Below are positions 13,260 to 25,610 of a DNA stretch of 64,000 nt, piece by piece (position 1 is the stretch's first letter; each line of letters opens with the position of its first letter). Where the stretch lies: NCBI RefSeq assembly GCF_009914755.1, contig NC_060930.1; one strand, 5' to 3'. The notes below the pieces were generated by a model. It was not told the DNA's origin and made no database searches. It saw only the letters and a program-made list of their open reading frames with translations. The stretch comes from the human T2T-CHM13v2.0 reference genome, Homo sapiens. Made by a program: the position numbers and the translations under genes.

Positions 13260-16200
13260 TATGATGTTTGACCAGGCGTTTGGCCGGGGATGCACTCTGA
13301 GCACTAATAGCTTGGTGTCTATGGATTACCTGGGTTTATAAGGAGGCCTTAGGCATTTCCTTAGTGTAGCTCATTCAGCAGAGCTAATTTTCCCATTTTA
13401 CATGCTGTGACTTCAGAAGCCTGGCAACCTGCATCATTCTTGTCTTCCTATTTGAAGAATACTTCCTCCTGTAGACACCTCCAGAGTTCAGGTAATCTGT
13501 GTTCCTCCCTAATAATAAAAATAGCCTACATAGAGTGAGTCTTTAGTGGGGAAAAGTTCTGCACTATTAGGGCAGAGCTTAACATGCTTTATTCCTTTTA
13601 GTCCTCCAAGTAACCCACTGAGGTAGGTTCTAATATTCACTTCCTTTTATAGAGTAGGAAATCAAGGCCTAGAAAGGCTAGATAACTTTCCTAGAATGAG
13701 AGGTAGAGTCTGGATTTAAATTTGAAACATTCTCCGTTAGCTTGATTAGCTACTGGGCCACGGGTGCTGTGTATATCTTAGCTGGGTTTGTAAGAAAGGG
13801 AAGTATGTTTTACAAGAAGGCCCATTTTCTCCTCAGCGCCACTGCCTTTGCCTTCCCTTTCTACTTTCTTTCCCTTTTCTGGATGGCACCTTTTATGTTC
13901 TGGCTCATTTTGTCTCTGTTTCCCTCCCTCCCTTTTTCTTTTTTTCTCTCTTCTTCTGCCAACAAAATAAAACCCAATCTCAGGAGGGAATCTGATGAGT
14001 GCACACATATGAGTGATCATAAGGTCACAACTCGTGAGCAGGCTAGTCTATGGCAGGAACATATCTGATCACCGACTATTTAGAAGTACCCTCTACAGGC
14101 AGTCTTTGGGGCTGTGTCACTGGATTGATTCAGTAAATTGCCATTGCTCTGACCTTTGGGGAAGCCTGGCACATTAGGGACCAGAGAGCTGAAGTGACTG
14201 CCTGAGATCACACAGCTAGCTACGACAGAACCAGTAGGAGGACTGAGGCCCCTGATTCTCAGTCTCATGTTCTGTGCTCTAGATTATACTGCCTCTTCGA
14301 TTTGCTTTTTGACATACAACAAAAACTTTAAGCCAAATGAGTCACTCTTGATGGTAAACCTCGAAGTGGCCTTGAGTCAGAGGTGGAGAGTTTTTGGGAT
14401 GTAAGAGGCTCTTTTAAATTCCCAGCATATAGAAAGTGGCCTGCTCCAGTTATTTTTAAGGATTATCCTGGAAAACACAGTAACAGGGAGTAATCATCTC
14501 CTATTATCAGTGTAGACACACAGGACAGGCAAGCTTTGATGAGTAGAGAAAATTAGAGGTAATCATCTGGAAAGAGCAGCATATTTCCTTACCAGCAAAG
14601 GCACTGTGTTGAGAAGTCGTGGGTCTTTTAGACAGACAAGAGCCCAGAGAACCTACTGGAAGAGGAAGGCCCTAAAACAAGAGGTGGAGTGACCAGGACA
14701 ATCCTGCTTCACAATTGCCCTCATCACATCAACGTAAACTGACCCTTCGCTAATCGGGGCATGCAGAGAATCTTCCAGTAGCCAGTTAATCTTCAAGTTT
14801 GTAGGTCAGAACATTGCAGGGCTGAGTTAGCTGACCCTTGGATCTGCATACTCTTCCTCCAGGCTTACAGGCTCACAGATCATTTCTGTCCCCTACCCCC
14901 AAGGACCCAAGTGCTTTTAACTCTCCAGGCCAAATCCACTTTGCTCCTGGGCTGAAGCACACTGGGCACATTCTTGAACAGAGTTCAAACTAACAGGATT
15001 TCCCTAAAACAAGCAACTCCCTGGATGCCCTGGGAAGCACTGTGACTACTTGTGGGGATTAACTTAGCCAGAGCAACGTGGCTGTGGTCCAGAAAGAAAA
15101 TGTATGTGCTTACAAAAAAAAAGCTGGCTCAGAGTCTTGGGAACCCCATAATCAGAAGCATACTCATTCTGACAGTTTCAAAAGACCCAACACCCACCTC
15201 AGTGTGACCTGGCGAGGGTTCAGAGAAATCCACCCCGTCTTTTGTCTTTTGGATGGAATGCAAGAGCCATGTAAGACTTCCTGCCCAGAAGGCAGAGAGT
15301 GGGCAGGCCTTTGCCACTCGCCTCAGCAATGTAGGGAGACATGGAGGCCATCCTTTGGCTCATCTTTGGGTGCTGTGACTTCATCTTATGGCATGAGGCA
15401 TTCTGTGTTAATTCTACATGGCGCCCAAGTCATTGCAAATCTGCTACCTAATCTTCAGGGTTTCTATTGGTTCATGTTTTGTTTTGTTTTTTTTCCTGGG
15501 GAAGAGCTACTCATAGGTTGGGGTGTGGGTGGCTCCTGTCAAGACTGGACCTTGAAACAACAGCACTGGCTGGTAGAAAAGTCAGTCTGGGTCTAAGTAG
15601 GAGCTGAGTCACCTCTGGCTTCTTGGTTATTTCTAGTAGGCTAGGGAGAGGTCTGGGGCTCAGGGGAGCCTACTGTCTATCTTTAATGAGCCAGATTCTA
15701 AGGTTTGAGGTCTGGGAAGAGGGAAAGTCTTACAGCCACTAACAGACACTCTCCTGTGGTCTCTAACTGACACTGCATAGGACTTTGCCTGTGGGTGTTG
15801 GGTTTGCAGGCCGCTCCCGCAAAGGAAAATGAAGAAGCTGTCTGCTGCAATTTGTTATGATCCACATTTTCTGCAACTGGAAATGCCAGTGGAGGATTTT
15901 AAAATATTGGATCCATACTGAGCCAACTTCGTGGGGGGACTCTGGCAAATGGATGGCTTAAACATTTCCTTAGAAATCTTAATTTTCTAATACTGGCTGA
16001 ATCTTGGGACAAAACTACTCTTGCAGGTCCAGGTATAGCAGCCAGCCTTCCTCTGTACACACGGGTGCTGGTCTGTGCCTGGGGATGAGGCTTCAGTATT
16101 ATTCCTTGAAAGTCTTATTTTTGGCGTATGACTCCAATGATGATCACGGATGAGCATGGTACTGCACTTAAAGCAAGATTTCAAACCAGTGCTTTGTAGA

Positions 16201-17240
16201 CAACCCTTAGTTAACACATCATTGATTGCTTCTTCCTCCAAATTCACCATCCTTGCATCTATACATTCATTCATTCAATGAACACTGAATGCCTTCTACT
16301 TGCCAGAACCTACCAAGTGCTGAGGAAAGATACAAAACTGATTAAGAAGGAAGAGGTGGAAGCATGATCTGAAGAACCCTTGAAGAGTAGCAGGGTCAGT
16401 GTCTTGCTTGGAGTAGGAAAAGGGAAGATAAAGAGATCTTCTGAACATGTAGGCCAAGACAACCCTTGAAGATTTAGTAGATTGGACTAATATGTGGTCA
16501 GATCACACATGGCAATGATATGAATGACCAGAATGTCCAAATCTGGAAGAGACTGGGATCTGAACTTGAAGAGGGAGAATATGGTCTCCTTTGTGGGAGT
16601 GCATGTTGTTGCCTTCTTATATGAGGGACCCTAGTGATGAGGATTGCTGTGAGGATGACTTTGAAGGGATGTGCTTTTGTTTGTGAATACCTCTATTGAA
16701 GCTGCTGGAAAGATTCTGGTCTGTGAGGAATTATCTGGCTGTTTTGATTGGAATGGATAATTCTACGTCAGTACTACAGGTTCTAATGGCAAGGGCTGAT
16801 CCTAGAAAGGACATGCACATGATCACACTTGTCCACTAGACTAGAAGTTCCTTGATGTCAATAGTATTTTGTCCATTTCATATCCCCAGGCTTAGCAGAT
16901 GCTTAATATATGCTGGTGAATATATGAAAGAAGTGAAATTTGGGTAAGACAGTGTGGAAAGGATGAGTAGAAACCCATTACTATGACATGAGAAACCCCT
17001 CTAGTATCTACCTACTTTTACTGAGTTAGGGGGAAAACCTGAGTCAATTTTCCTTGTCTTCTACCCCCACCCTCCACACAAAGACTGGGTGCAGAATTAC
17101 CATTCAATTTTCCTCTTCAGCAACACTTTGTGTATTGTTGTCTACAAGCAATGGAAAAAAATGATGCTAGCCTAGGGAACTTAAAAATCTTGGAAGGGCA
17201 TCAGTTTTGGCAAATTCTAATTCCTAGAGTTGAAAGCATA

Positions 17241-17700
17241 TGTATCAGCCAGTGTCTCTCCAGAAAAAACAAAACCCATGCAGAATAATTTAATAGAGGA
17301 AATTTAATATGGGAAATTAGTTACAAAGGTTTTTAGAAGAGTTGAAAGAGCAACCAGGGTAAGGCAAGGCAACCCCAAGATTAGCAATTGCTGAAAACTC
17401 CTATTTTCCCTAGGGCTGGAGGAACAAAGGTATTACCTGAGCCAAGAGCCTGAGCTACCTGCTGAAAGCTGGTTCTGGGGGGAATCCAACTGGTAGTGTC
17501 TTGATAGAGAAGTCTCAGCCCCTAGTAGGGGAGGGGTGTGAAAACCTGGCTTCTCTTTTCTGCCCATTCTCAAATATCTGCCCATATTTGTCATTTGCCA
17601 AACCAAGCAGGAAGCAGTGGGGAACCTTGGTAGTTTATAGAGGTCATCCTTCTTTGAATATAGAGAAGAGCCGGGAAATGGCAGAGTCTGGATCTTAGAG
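17241..17700. mobile_element. Ancient LTR-like element (family uncertain; resembles 56378-56910)
   Basis: Starts 'tgtatcagcc...ccagaaaaaacaaaacc', contains 'gggctggaggaacaaagg'. Same architecture as the element at 56378. Confidence 0.45.
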
Positions 17701-18319
17701 CTTGTTTGCAGATGTCCAGCACAGCATCCACTCATCCATCCCCAACACTCCTGCTGACTCTCCTGTACGGTGTGAAGTTGAGGGAACATGGGTGCACTCT
17801 GCTTGGATAAATGGTGGCCCCTTGGGAAGGTTATACTGAACTATTCTCCTCTTTCTTCCATATTTGGCCTTGGAAAATATTCAGATTTCTTACTGAAGCC
17901 ACTAAATCCCCAAACTAGCCTCACACTTAAGACTGAAACTTACATGAATGGAACACCTTTTAGGCAGCTCCTCATTAAATAAACACTTGACCAGTAAGGG
18001 GACAGGCTGGGTGAACTTTGTTTGTCCAGTCTTTGCTTCTTCATTTGCCCTCACCAGTGGGATGGAGGTGAGCAGGAGGGATAAGAGAGGACTGGACATG
18101 TGCTGTTGGGTTAGAATTCAGATTCATGGGTCTGCTAAGTCCTAGTTCACAGGAAATGAGGCCAAGCAGATCTATAGGAGAGAAATGGGGGAAACTGAGA
18201 GGCTCACTGAAACCACGGATGCCATTTTACATGCCTTGTAGGCTTCCACGGGGTAGACTCCTGGTTGGGGACCCATTCTGTTTGGAGATCCTGTGATCAC
18301 ATAAGTAGTCAAATGCCCT

Positions 18320-19300
18320 GTGTCAGTTAGAATTTGATCAAGAAAGCTGAACCACTATGAGGGACAAGGTGAATGAGGGCTTTTCTGTAGGGATTATGTT
18401 TTACACAGTTTTGGAAGCTGGTGAGGAAGTCGATAGAAGGCTGTTGCCTCGTCTGGTGATGGGCCTGCGGCCATTGCAAGTCCATAGGATCATCAGTTGG
18501 AAAGAAAAGGTTGGATATGAAGTGGGAATGGCCAAGGATAAACTGGAATGCGCCAGCATGAAGCCTTGAAGACAAACTGGAATTCACATGTGTCACTCGT
18601 TGCTTTAGTCCATTCAAGCTGCTCTAACAAAACATCTTATGTTGGGTAATTTATAAACAACAGAAATGTATTTCTTTCAGTTCTGGAGGCTGGGACACTC
18701 CAGATCAAGACACCAGTAGGTTTGGTGTCTGGTGAGGGCTTGTGTTCTGCTTCATGGGTAGTGCCTTCTAGTTGTGTCCTCATGTGCTCCCTTTAATCTT
18801 TTTAATAAGGGCACTAATTATATTTGTGAGGACATAAGCACTTCCCCACAGGCCTCTCCTCTTCCCACCATCACATCGAAGATTAACTTTCAACCTATGA
18901 ATTTGTCAGGAGACACCAACATTCAGACCATAGCACTCACCACCTTGACAAAGCAGTTGGTTTGCAGAAGCAGGTGTCCTTCTCCATAGAACTGGGCACA
19001 TGCCTGGTTCAGGACCCAGAGGAGCTGAAGGAAGAAATCTTGTAGGATCTGAAAGAGCCACAGGACCAGCTCTGCTGTCTTCCAGCAGATGGGCAGTGTA
19101 CCTGTAGCAGCAATTTAAGCTAAAAAGATGCCTGGAGCCCCATACCTCCTTCCCAGCATAATGGAGGCTAATTCACTTTCACCTCCCAGATCCCACTCTA
19201 AAGTCTCTTGTAGCCAACCCTAACTTAGAACTGTACAAGGAAGAGAATTCTGAGAATTCTAGTTACAGTTTAGCTAAGTCAACCCAGGACAAAGCCAGCA
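18320..19300 (-). mobile_element. Old MLT1 LTR with a nested younger MLT1A/MST-type LTR (~18598-18933)
   Basis: Inner element 'ttagtccattcaagctgctctaacaaaa...ttctggaggctggga...aacattcagaccatagca'. Flanks are old MaLR-like. Confidence 0.7.
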
Positions 19301-20106
19301 TATGTGGCAAGAGAGCTCGGAAAACTAATGGTTGGAGGAGAGATGCCTGTTTGGATACAGAAATGAGCTTTCATCACCCCTGAGAGAGGGAGGTATGTCT
19401 TTCACTTCTTGGTGGTTGGCAGCAGTAAAGCTGGTGACCTCCTCTCTGGATGGCTCCTGCACTCAGGGGAAGCCAGGAGATCTACAGCCCTTGGAGACCT
19501 GCGAGGGCCCTAGCTGACCAGAGGCTGCCAAGAATTTGCATCTCCAGGATGTATCTCTCTCAGGCTTAGGGAAAAGAGAACCTCTTTGGGCCACCCCAGC
19601 CTCTCTCTCTCCCACACAGATATAATCCCACCTCCCTGACAAGGCCGTTGTGAGAATTCATTCGTTAATGCTGGGGAAAGGGCTTTGAAGGTGAAGAGTG
19701 CATTGTGAATGCTGTTATAATTGTACACAGATGCCTGAATCCAGACTGGTGGCATTTTGCTGACTAATAGTAGAATTTGTTGGAGTTGGTGGTGACCTTT
19801 TCCTCCCGTTACATTTCTAAATATTTTGCTTGTCAACTATAAACAAGCCCATTCCAAAACAAAAATCAGTTCTTCTACTGATGCTCATAAAATTGTACTT
19901 GTTCTGTGGAGGATTTCCGGTTTCCCTTTCTCCCTCCTTTCTCTTCTCTTAGGCCAAATGAGGTTTACTTAGCTGTCTGCTTTCCCCTAGAGGAGAGCCT
20001 GCTGAGAATTGAACACACCATTTCTTGTTTACCTTCACATTCATTTCTGACCAGGTGGACAGGATGTCAAAGCTTTTAGCCAACTTTTCAGGGTGGCAAA
20101 CATATT

Positions 20107-20488
20107 ACAGACATGCATTGTTATAAATTACCATCAGCGGTGGACCACATATACAATTGTGGTTCCCTAAGATTATAATAGAGCTGCTCTATACAGGTGT
20201 ACTATTTTTTTCTCTATTATACTGTATTTTTACTGTGCCTTTTCTATGCTTAGATTTGTTTAGATGCACAAGTGCTTACCATTGTGTTGTAATTGCCTAC
20301 AGTATTCAGTACCATAACATGCTGCCCAGGTCTGTAGCCTGGGAACATAGGTCATACCATATAGCTTAGGTATATAGTAGGCTTGCCCATGTAGGTTGTG
20401 TAAGTATATTCTACGATGTTCACACGATGACAAAATTGCCTAAGGACACATTTCTCAGAACTTATCCTGTTAAGCAATGCATGACTGT
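20107..20488. mobile_element. Tigger3/MER7 DNA transposon fragment
   Basis: 'tacagacatgca...ctctatacaggtgtac...cacatttctcagaac...taagcaatgcatgactgt'. Confidence 0.85.
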
Positions 20489-20531
20489 GGTCAAACATTT
20501 AGATTCTCATTTTTTTTTTTTAAATAACTAG

Positions 20532-20995
<464 letters not shown>

Positions 20996-21302
20996 TAGCC
21001 TGTCTCCCCACCTCCCCTTTGAAGCAAGGCCTTTAATTTTTCAATATCTCTTACATTGGTTAAGATAAGATGAAAAGAAGAAAAGAGGAAGAAAAATATC
21101 TCAAATTACTAGAGAGGCCCAGTCGACACACGTAATAAAGAGCTGAGCCAAAGAGGGGAGCAGGGAGAGAAAAATGAAAGCAGGCATGAAGTGGGCTTTC
21201 AGGAGAGTGTGAGAGCCATAGAGAGGGAAGGAGTAAATAGATTTTTAGGGGGAGCCACTGATAAGTGTAAGAGAATAACCATGAAAGATATCTAAAGAGG
21301 GT

Positions 21303-21680
21303 TGGATTAGTCTGCTGGGATTGTCATAACAAAATGCTGCAGAGCAGGTAGCTTAAACAGCAGAAACTTACTTTCTCACACTTCCGGAGGCTGGAAGTCC
21401 AAGATCAAGATGTTGGGAGGATTGGTTTCTCCTGAAGCCTCTCTCCTTGGCTTGCAGATGGCTATCTCCCAACATGGCCTTTACTCTTTGTACATGGTAA
21501 CTTGATGTCACGTCTTACAAGGACTACAGTCATATTGGATTAGGACTGCCTCTCTAATGACTCTAATGACCTCATTTAACCTTGATTACCTCTTTAAAGG
21601 TCCTATTTCTAAATACAGTCACATTGGGGATTAGGGCTTCAACAAATGGATTTTAGGAGGACGCAATTCAGTCCATAACA
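21303..21680 (-). mobile_element. MLT1A-type solo LTR
   Basis: 'ggaggctggaagtccaagatcaag...ctcatttaaccttgattacctc...aattcagtccataaca'. Confidence 0.85.
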
Positions 21681-24600
21681 AGAGTTTTAAAACTATTTTA
21701 TTATATGAAATATATGTCCTCCCCTGATTTGGTGTTTTCTAAAAAGAACAAGAAAGGATTTAAATAGCTTTCAATTACATTTATCTATCTTTTCTGTTGA
21801 ATTGCTTTTAACATAGCACTTCACCAAGCCTGGGCCACAGGGCCTCTGGGTTTATATGTGTTACATTCAGATTCAGGCAACTCTCTGTTACCCAATTTCA
21901 ACTAATTAGAATGTAATAAAGTAGACTTGATAAGAAAATCAGAAGGAACCTAATTTAATCTCTCATTTGTAATTCAAAAAGCCTCTTAGGAGTTTACTTA
22001 TCCCCAAATATGAAAATTATATGTATGAAAAAAATCCAGCTACAGTTTTGTTGTTGAAAAAAACAAATGTCATGTAACACTTATTTTTTGTAGGTATAAT
22101 CAAGTATTTATAACCACATGTAGCTCTATATAGTTATAATGCAGATTTTCTTTTGCTATTAAGAAAAAAAGAATTGTAGCCTCAACTCTGCTAGTTTCGT
22201 TTTTGATGATCATCTAAATGAAACCTGTCATTTAGTGACTGTAATTTGGAAGTATCAATAACTGTTTGAAAATAAGCAAACCACAATCTGGATGGGAGAA
22301 TAAAGCTTGTCCTCCAAGACCATGGTCTGCTTCTCTGATTACTGCTTGGAGCTGCTGCAGATTCACATAATGGCTCCTTAACCAGTGCTCGGGGCAGTAG
22401 CTATGAAATCTGGAGCACATTTTGCCGAGGCTGCAGACACATGTTGTATGTCAAACATACAGTGCCTGTCAAGATACAGTTCTAAAGTATTGGTGGCCCC
22501 ACACCCTTCACGAGATGTGTCAAGAGCATAGAGAAGTGCATGTGGCACCTTCCATTGTGGGTGCAAACAGATCTGCAGCCCCTGGACACATCTGAGCTAC
22601 TGCATCACGTTGATGTGGTTATTTGCAGGGTCTAACCTCAGATCGTCTTGCTGAGGAATGGCACACAGAGCAAATATGTTAGAGTGGAAGAGAGAAAGAA
22701 AGAGAGTGTGGGAGAAAGTTCTGTGAGGGACATAAATGGAAGAAGATATGAATGTCTTGTTTATTCAGGGACAATTTCTAGGCCAATCAAATCAATGCTA
22801 TAATAAGGCTAATCTGGTGCCTACTCATGCAATAAGACAATAGTGAGATGTGGGTCCAGTTTTACAAATGCCATAGTAGTGGGTCCATATTTCCCTGGGA
22901 TGGGCCTTTTTTAAAGCCATTATTATTTATAATTCATTCACATATGGAAGACGATGGTTCCTTATGGTTCAAATGATCCAAATCTGGGCCTTTAAAGCCA
23001 TGCATGATTTATTTGCACAAGGAAATCATGTTTTCTTTGGAGCTTTTCAATGGAGGCATAATTACAGTGTTGCAAATACAGTGCTCTATTTAAGGGTCTG
23101 TCAGCATTTCCATAATAAACCTCTATTTTCAGGAGTCCAGAACATTTCCAGAGAGAGAGAGAAAGAAATCCTTCTAAAATATAAGCTTGGTGGGTCCATC
23201 CGGGGACTTTATTTTTAATCCAAATCTGTAAATGCATTTGCAACCAGACAGTCTTCTGTATTTGTGTGGTGGTGCCAGTCATGTACCAAGCGTCGCTGGA
23301 CCCTGCCCAGTGGGGCTTCAGCTTTAAAGCAGGATCTTCCTGGGAAGCAGCAGCGTGCTGGGTGGCTGGCCAGCTCCCTTTCCAGACCCCAGCTGATTGC
23401 CAACTTGCATCTCAGCTTGAAGAAAAGAAAAAAATGTTTTTGCTCTTGCTTTTTCTCTCTTCTTTTTCTGTTTAACTTAGGCATATGCTAACTTGGATCT
23501 TGAATAATAATAATATGAATAAGAACATTAAGCCTGATTTGAGGGCCCAGTATGTGCCTGGCGTTTTACAAATACTTAATTTTTAAACCTTATAACAATC
23601 CTGCAAAGTAGAAATGGTTATTCTTGATTTTTAGATGATGAAAACAGACCGAGGGGAGGTAACTTGGCTGGCTAAGAACAGGAGAGCAAGATTCGGGCAA
23701 CTAAGGCAGTAACTGAGATATCCCCATGATGGGCTCCACAATCTTTTGGGAGGCATCTCTCAAGTTGGAGCAGCTCTTTTAGAGGGAATGAGACTAGGAA
23801 AGGTGGATGGACTCAGAGAAGACATAGGCAGGACACAGAAGGCTGGTGGGAACCGGCCAATCAGTAGAAAATGCCTTGGAAGACATTTAACAACCTCCCA
23901 GAGTATGGTTTCATAGGTAAGTGTGATTTGAGTTGAACCTGGATAAAAATATGTGAAGTTTTTGGAGGCTTGCTATGTGGCAAGCTTACACTTTACATGG
24001 ATTATCTCATTTATTTCCCCATTTTACCAAAACAGAGAATGAGTTTTTATAGAGATTGGATAAAATGCCCAGGATTATATAATGAGGAAGTGGCAGAGTT
24101 CCCAGGTCTGGAATCTTGGTTCTTGACCATTATGCTTTATGGCTTCCAGGGGGCCAGTCTCCCTCCTTTTGGAAGGTACAGTGTGAATGGAGACAGGAAG
24201 TTGAAACTCAGGATCCTCCTGCTTTACGTGGGAGATCCTTTCTCCGAATTGCTGATGGATCGTTTCCAGGAGTTTGTGTGTTGGCATTTAGCAGAAGGAA
24301 AAAGGTAATATATACCCCTCTGGCACAGGGAGGACAAGGGACAGGCAATGGAGGGTAAGAGACCACCCTCTGCACTGCGTTTGCAGCCAACCACGGGGAA
24401 AGTGTTTTGTAAACTCCTGATCCCTCGTGGGTGGTGTGATTTAATTCTTTTTCCTTCTCTTTTCTGGGACTGCTTTTGGGTTGCTAGTTCCAGCTGAGAC
24501 TAGAAGTGGCAACACACAGCCCAGGGAGCGGCAGTAGAGGAAAGAAGGGTTTTCACTAAGAAACTTTTCTTCCTTCTTCTTGAAGCAAAATCAGGTAACG

Positions 24601-24984
24601 CTATGGGGGATATTGCTTACTGAGGTATTTTCCTGCTGTTGAAGCTGGGGTCAGGGCTTAATGTTTAGAGGGAGAAACTCAAATTGTCTTTTTAGAAAGC
24701 AGGATGCACTTATCTTATGGAAAACGATTCTTGGGGGTGGCAAAATCTGTTCTGCCGGGATTTACTGAGGTCCTTCTAAGGGGTCTGTGTTGGGCATTAT
24801 TCTCCATAAGGGAAAGTGTCTTGACTGGCATGGAAAAGCTGATTCAAGTCAGTGTTGGAGAGAAATGGTAGAGGGAGGTCCCTCCATGGTGCCAAAACTT
24901 CCACGCTAATTTGAGAGATTGCCACACTAGTCCTACTGAGAATAGGAAGTGAACTGACTAGTGTCTATTTAGAATAAGTGCTAT

Positions 24985-25610
24985 TCATTTATTCAGTCAT
25001 TCATTCATTCAACCAGTATTTACTGAGCATCTACTATATGCTGGACACTGAGATAGGAGCTAGGGATTCAATGGTGAGCCAGACAGATGTGGTTTCTACC
25101 CTCACAGAACTTAAAATCTAGTTGATAGAGACATTAAGCAGATAATCACACTAATACTTAAATAATTATGACTGTGATAAGTTCTTTAGAGGAAAATACA
25201 AGGTCCTGTGAGAACAGATAAAGGAAGAATTAAGTCCTTTACAATGCATTCAGCTGCAAATAACAGAAAACCCAATCAACAGTGGCTTGCCTAAGTAGGG
25301 TTTGTTTCTTTCACATAACAAGAAGTCCAAAAGCAGACATTTGCTGGCATTGGTTCAGCGATATCAAGCCTCCAGGCCATTTCTTGCCTCTTCCCTGCCA
25401 TCCTCAACATAATGATTTTCCACCCATACGCTTGTTGCCTCATGGTTACAGAATAGCTGCAGCAGCTCCACTTTCAAAGACTGGAAGCACAGGGAAGGAG
25501 GTATACTAGAGAACTCTTTTCTCTAACATAATTGTATTTCATCAGCAGCAACATTTTTTTCCCAGAAACCTTTCAGCAGACTTTCTGCTACATTTTATTA
25601 GCCAGAACTG
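24985..25610. mobile_element. L2 3' fragment followed by old MLT1 LTR fragment
   Basis: 'ttcattcattcaaccagtatttactgagcatctacta' (L2), then 'gctgcaaataacagaaaacccaatc...atagctgcagcagctcca' (MLT1J/K-like). Confidence 0.7.

Noticed and set aside
22232-22650. Balanced-composition unique block that looks like a coding exon or pseudogene
   Set aside because: The frames I translated are interrupted, the peptides are unrecognisable and there are no convincing splice sites.
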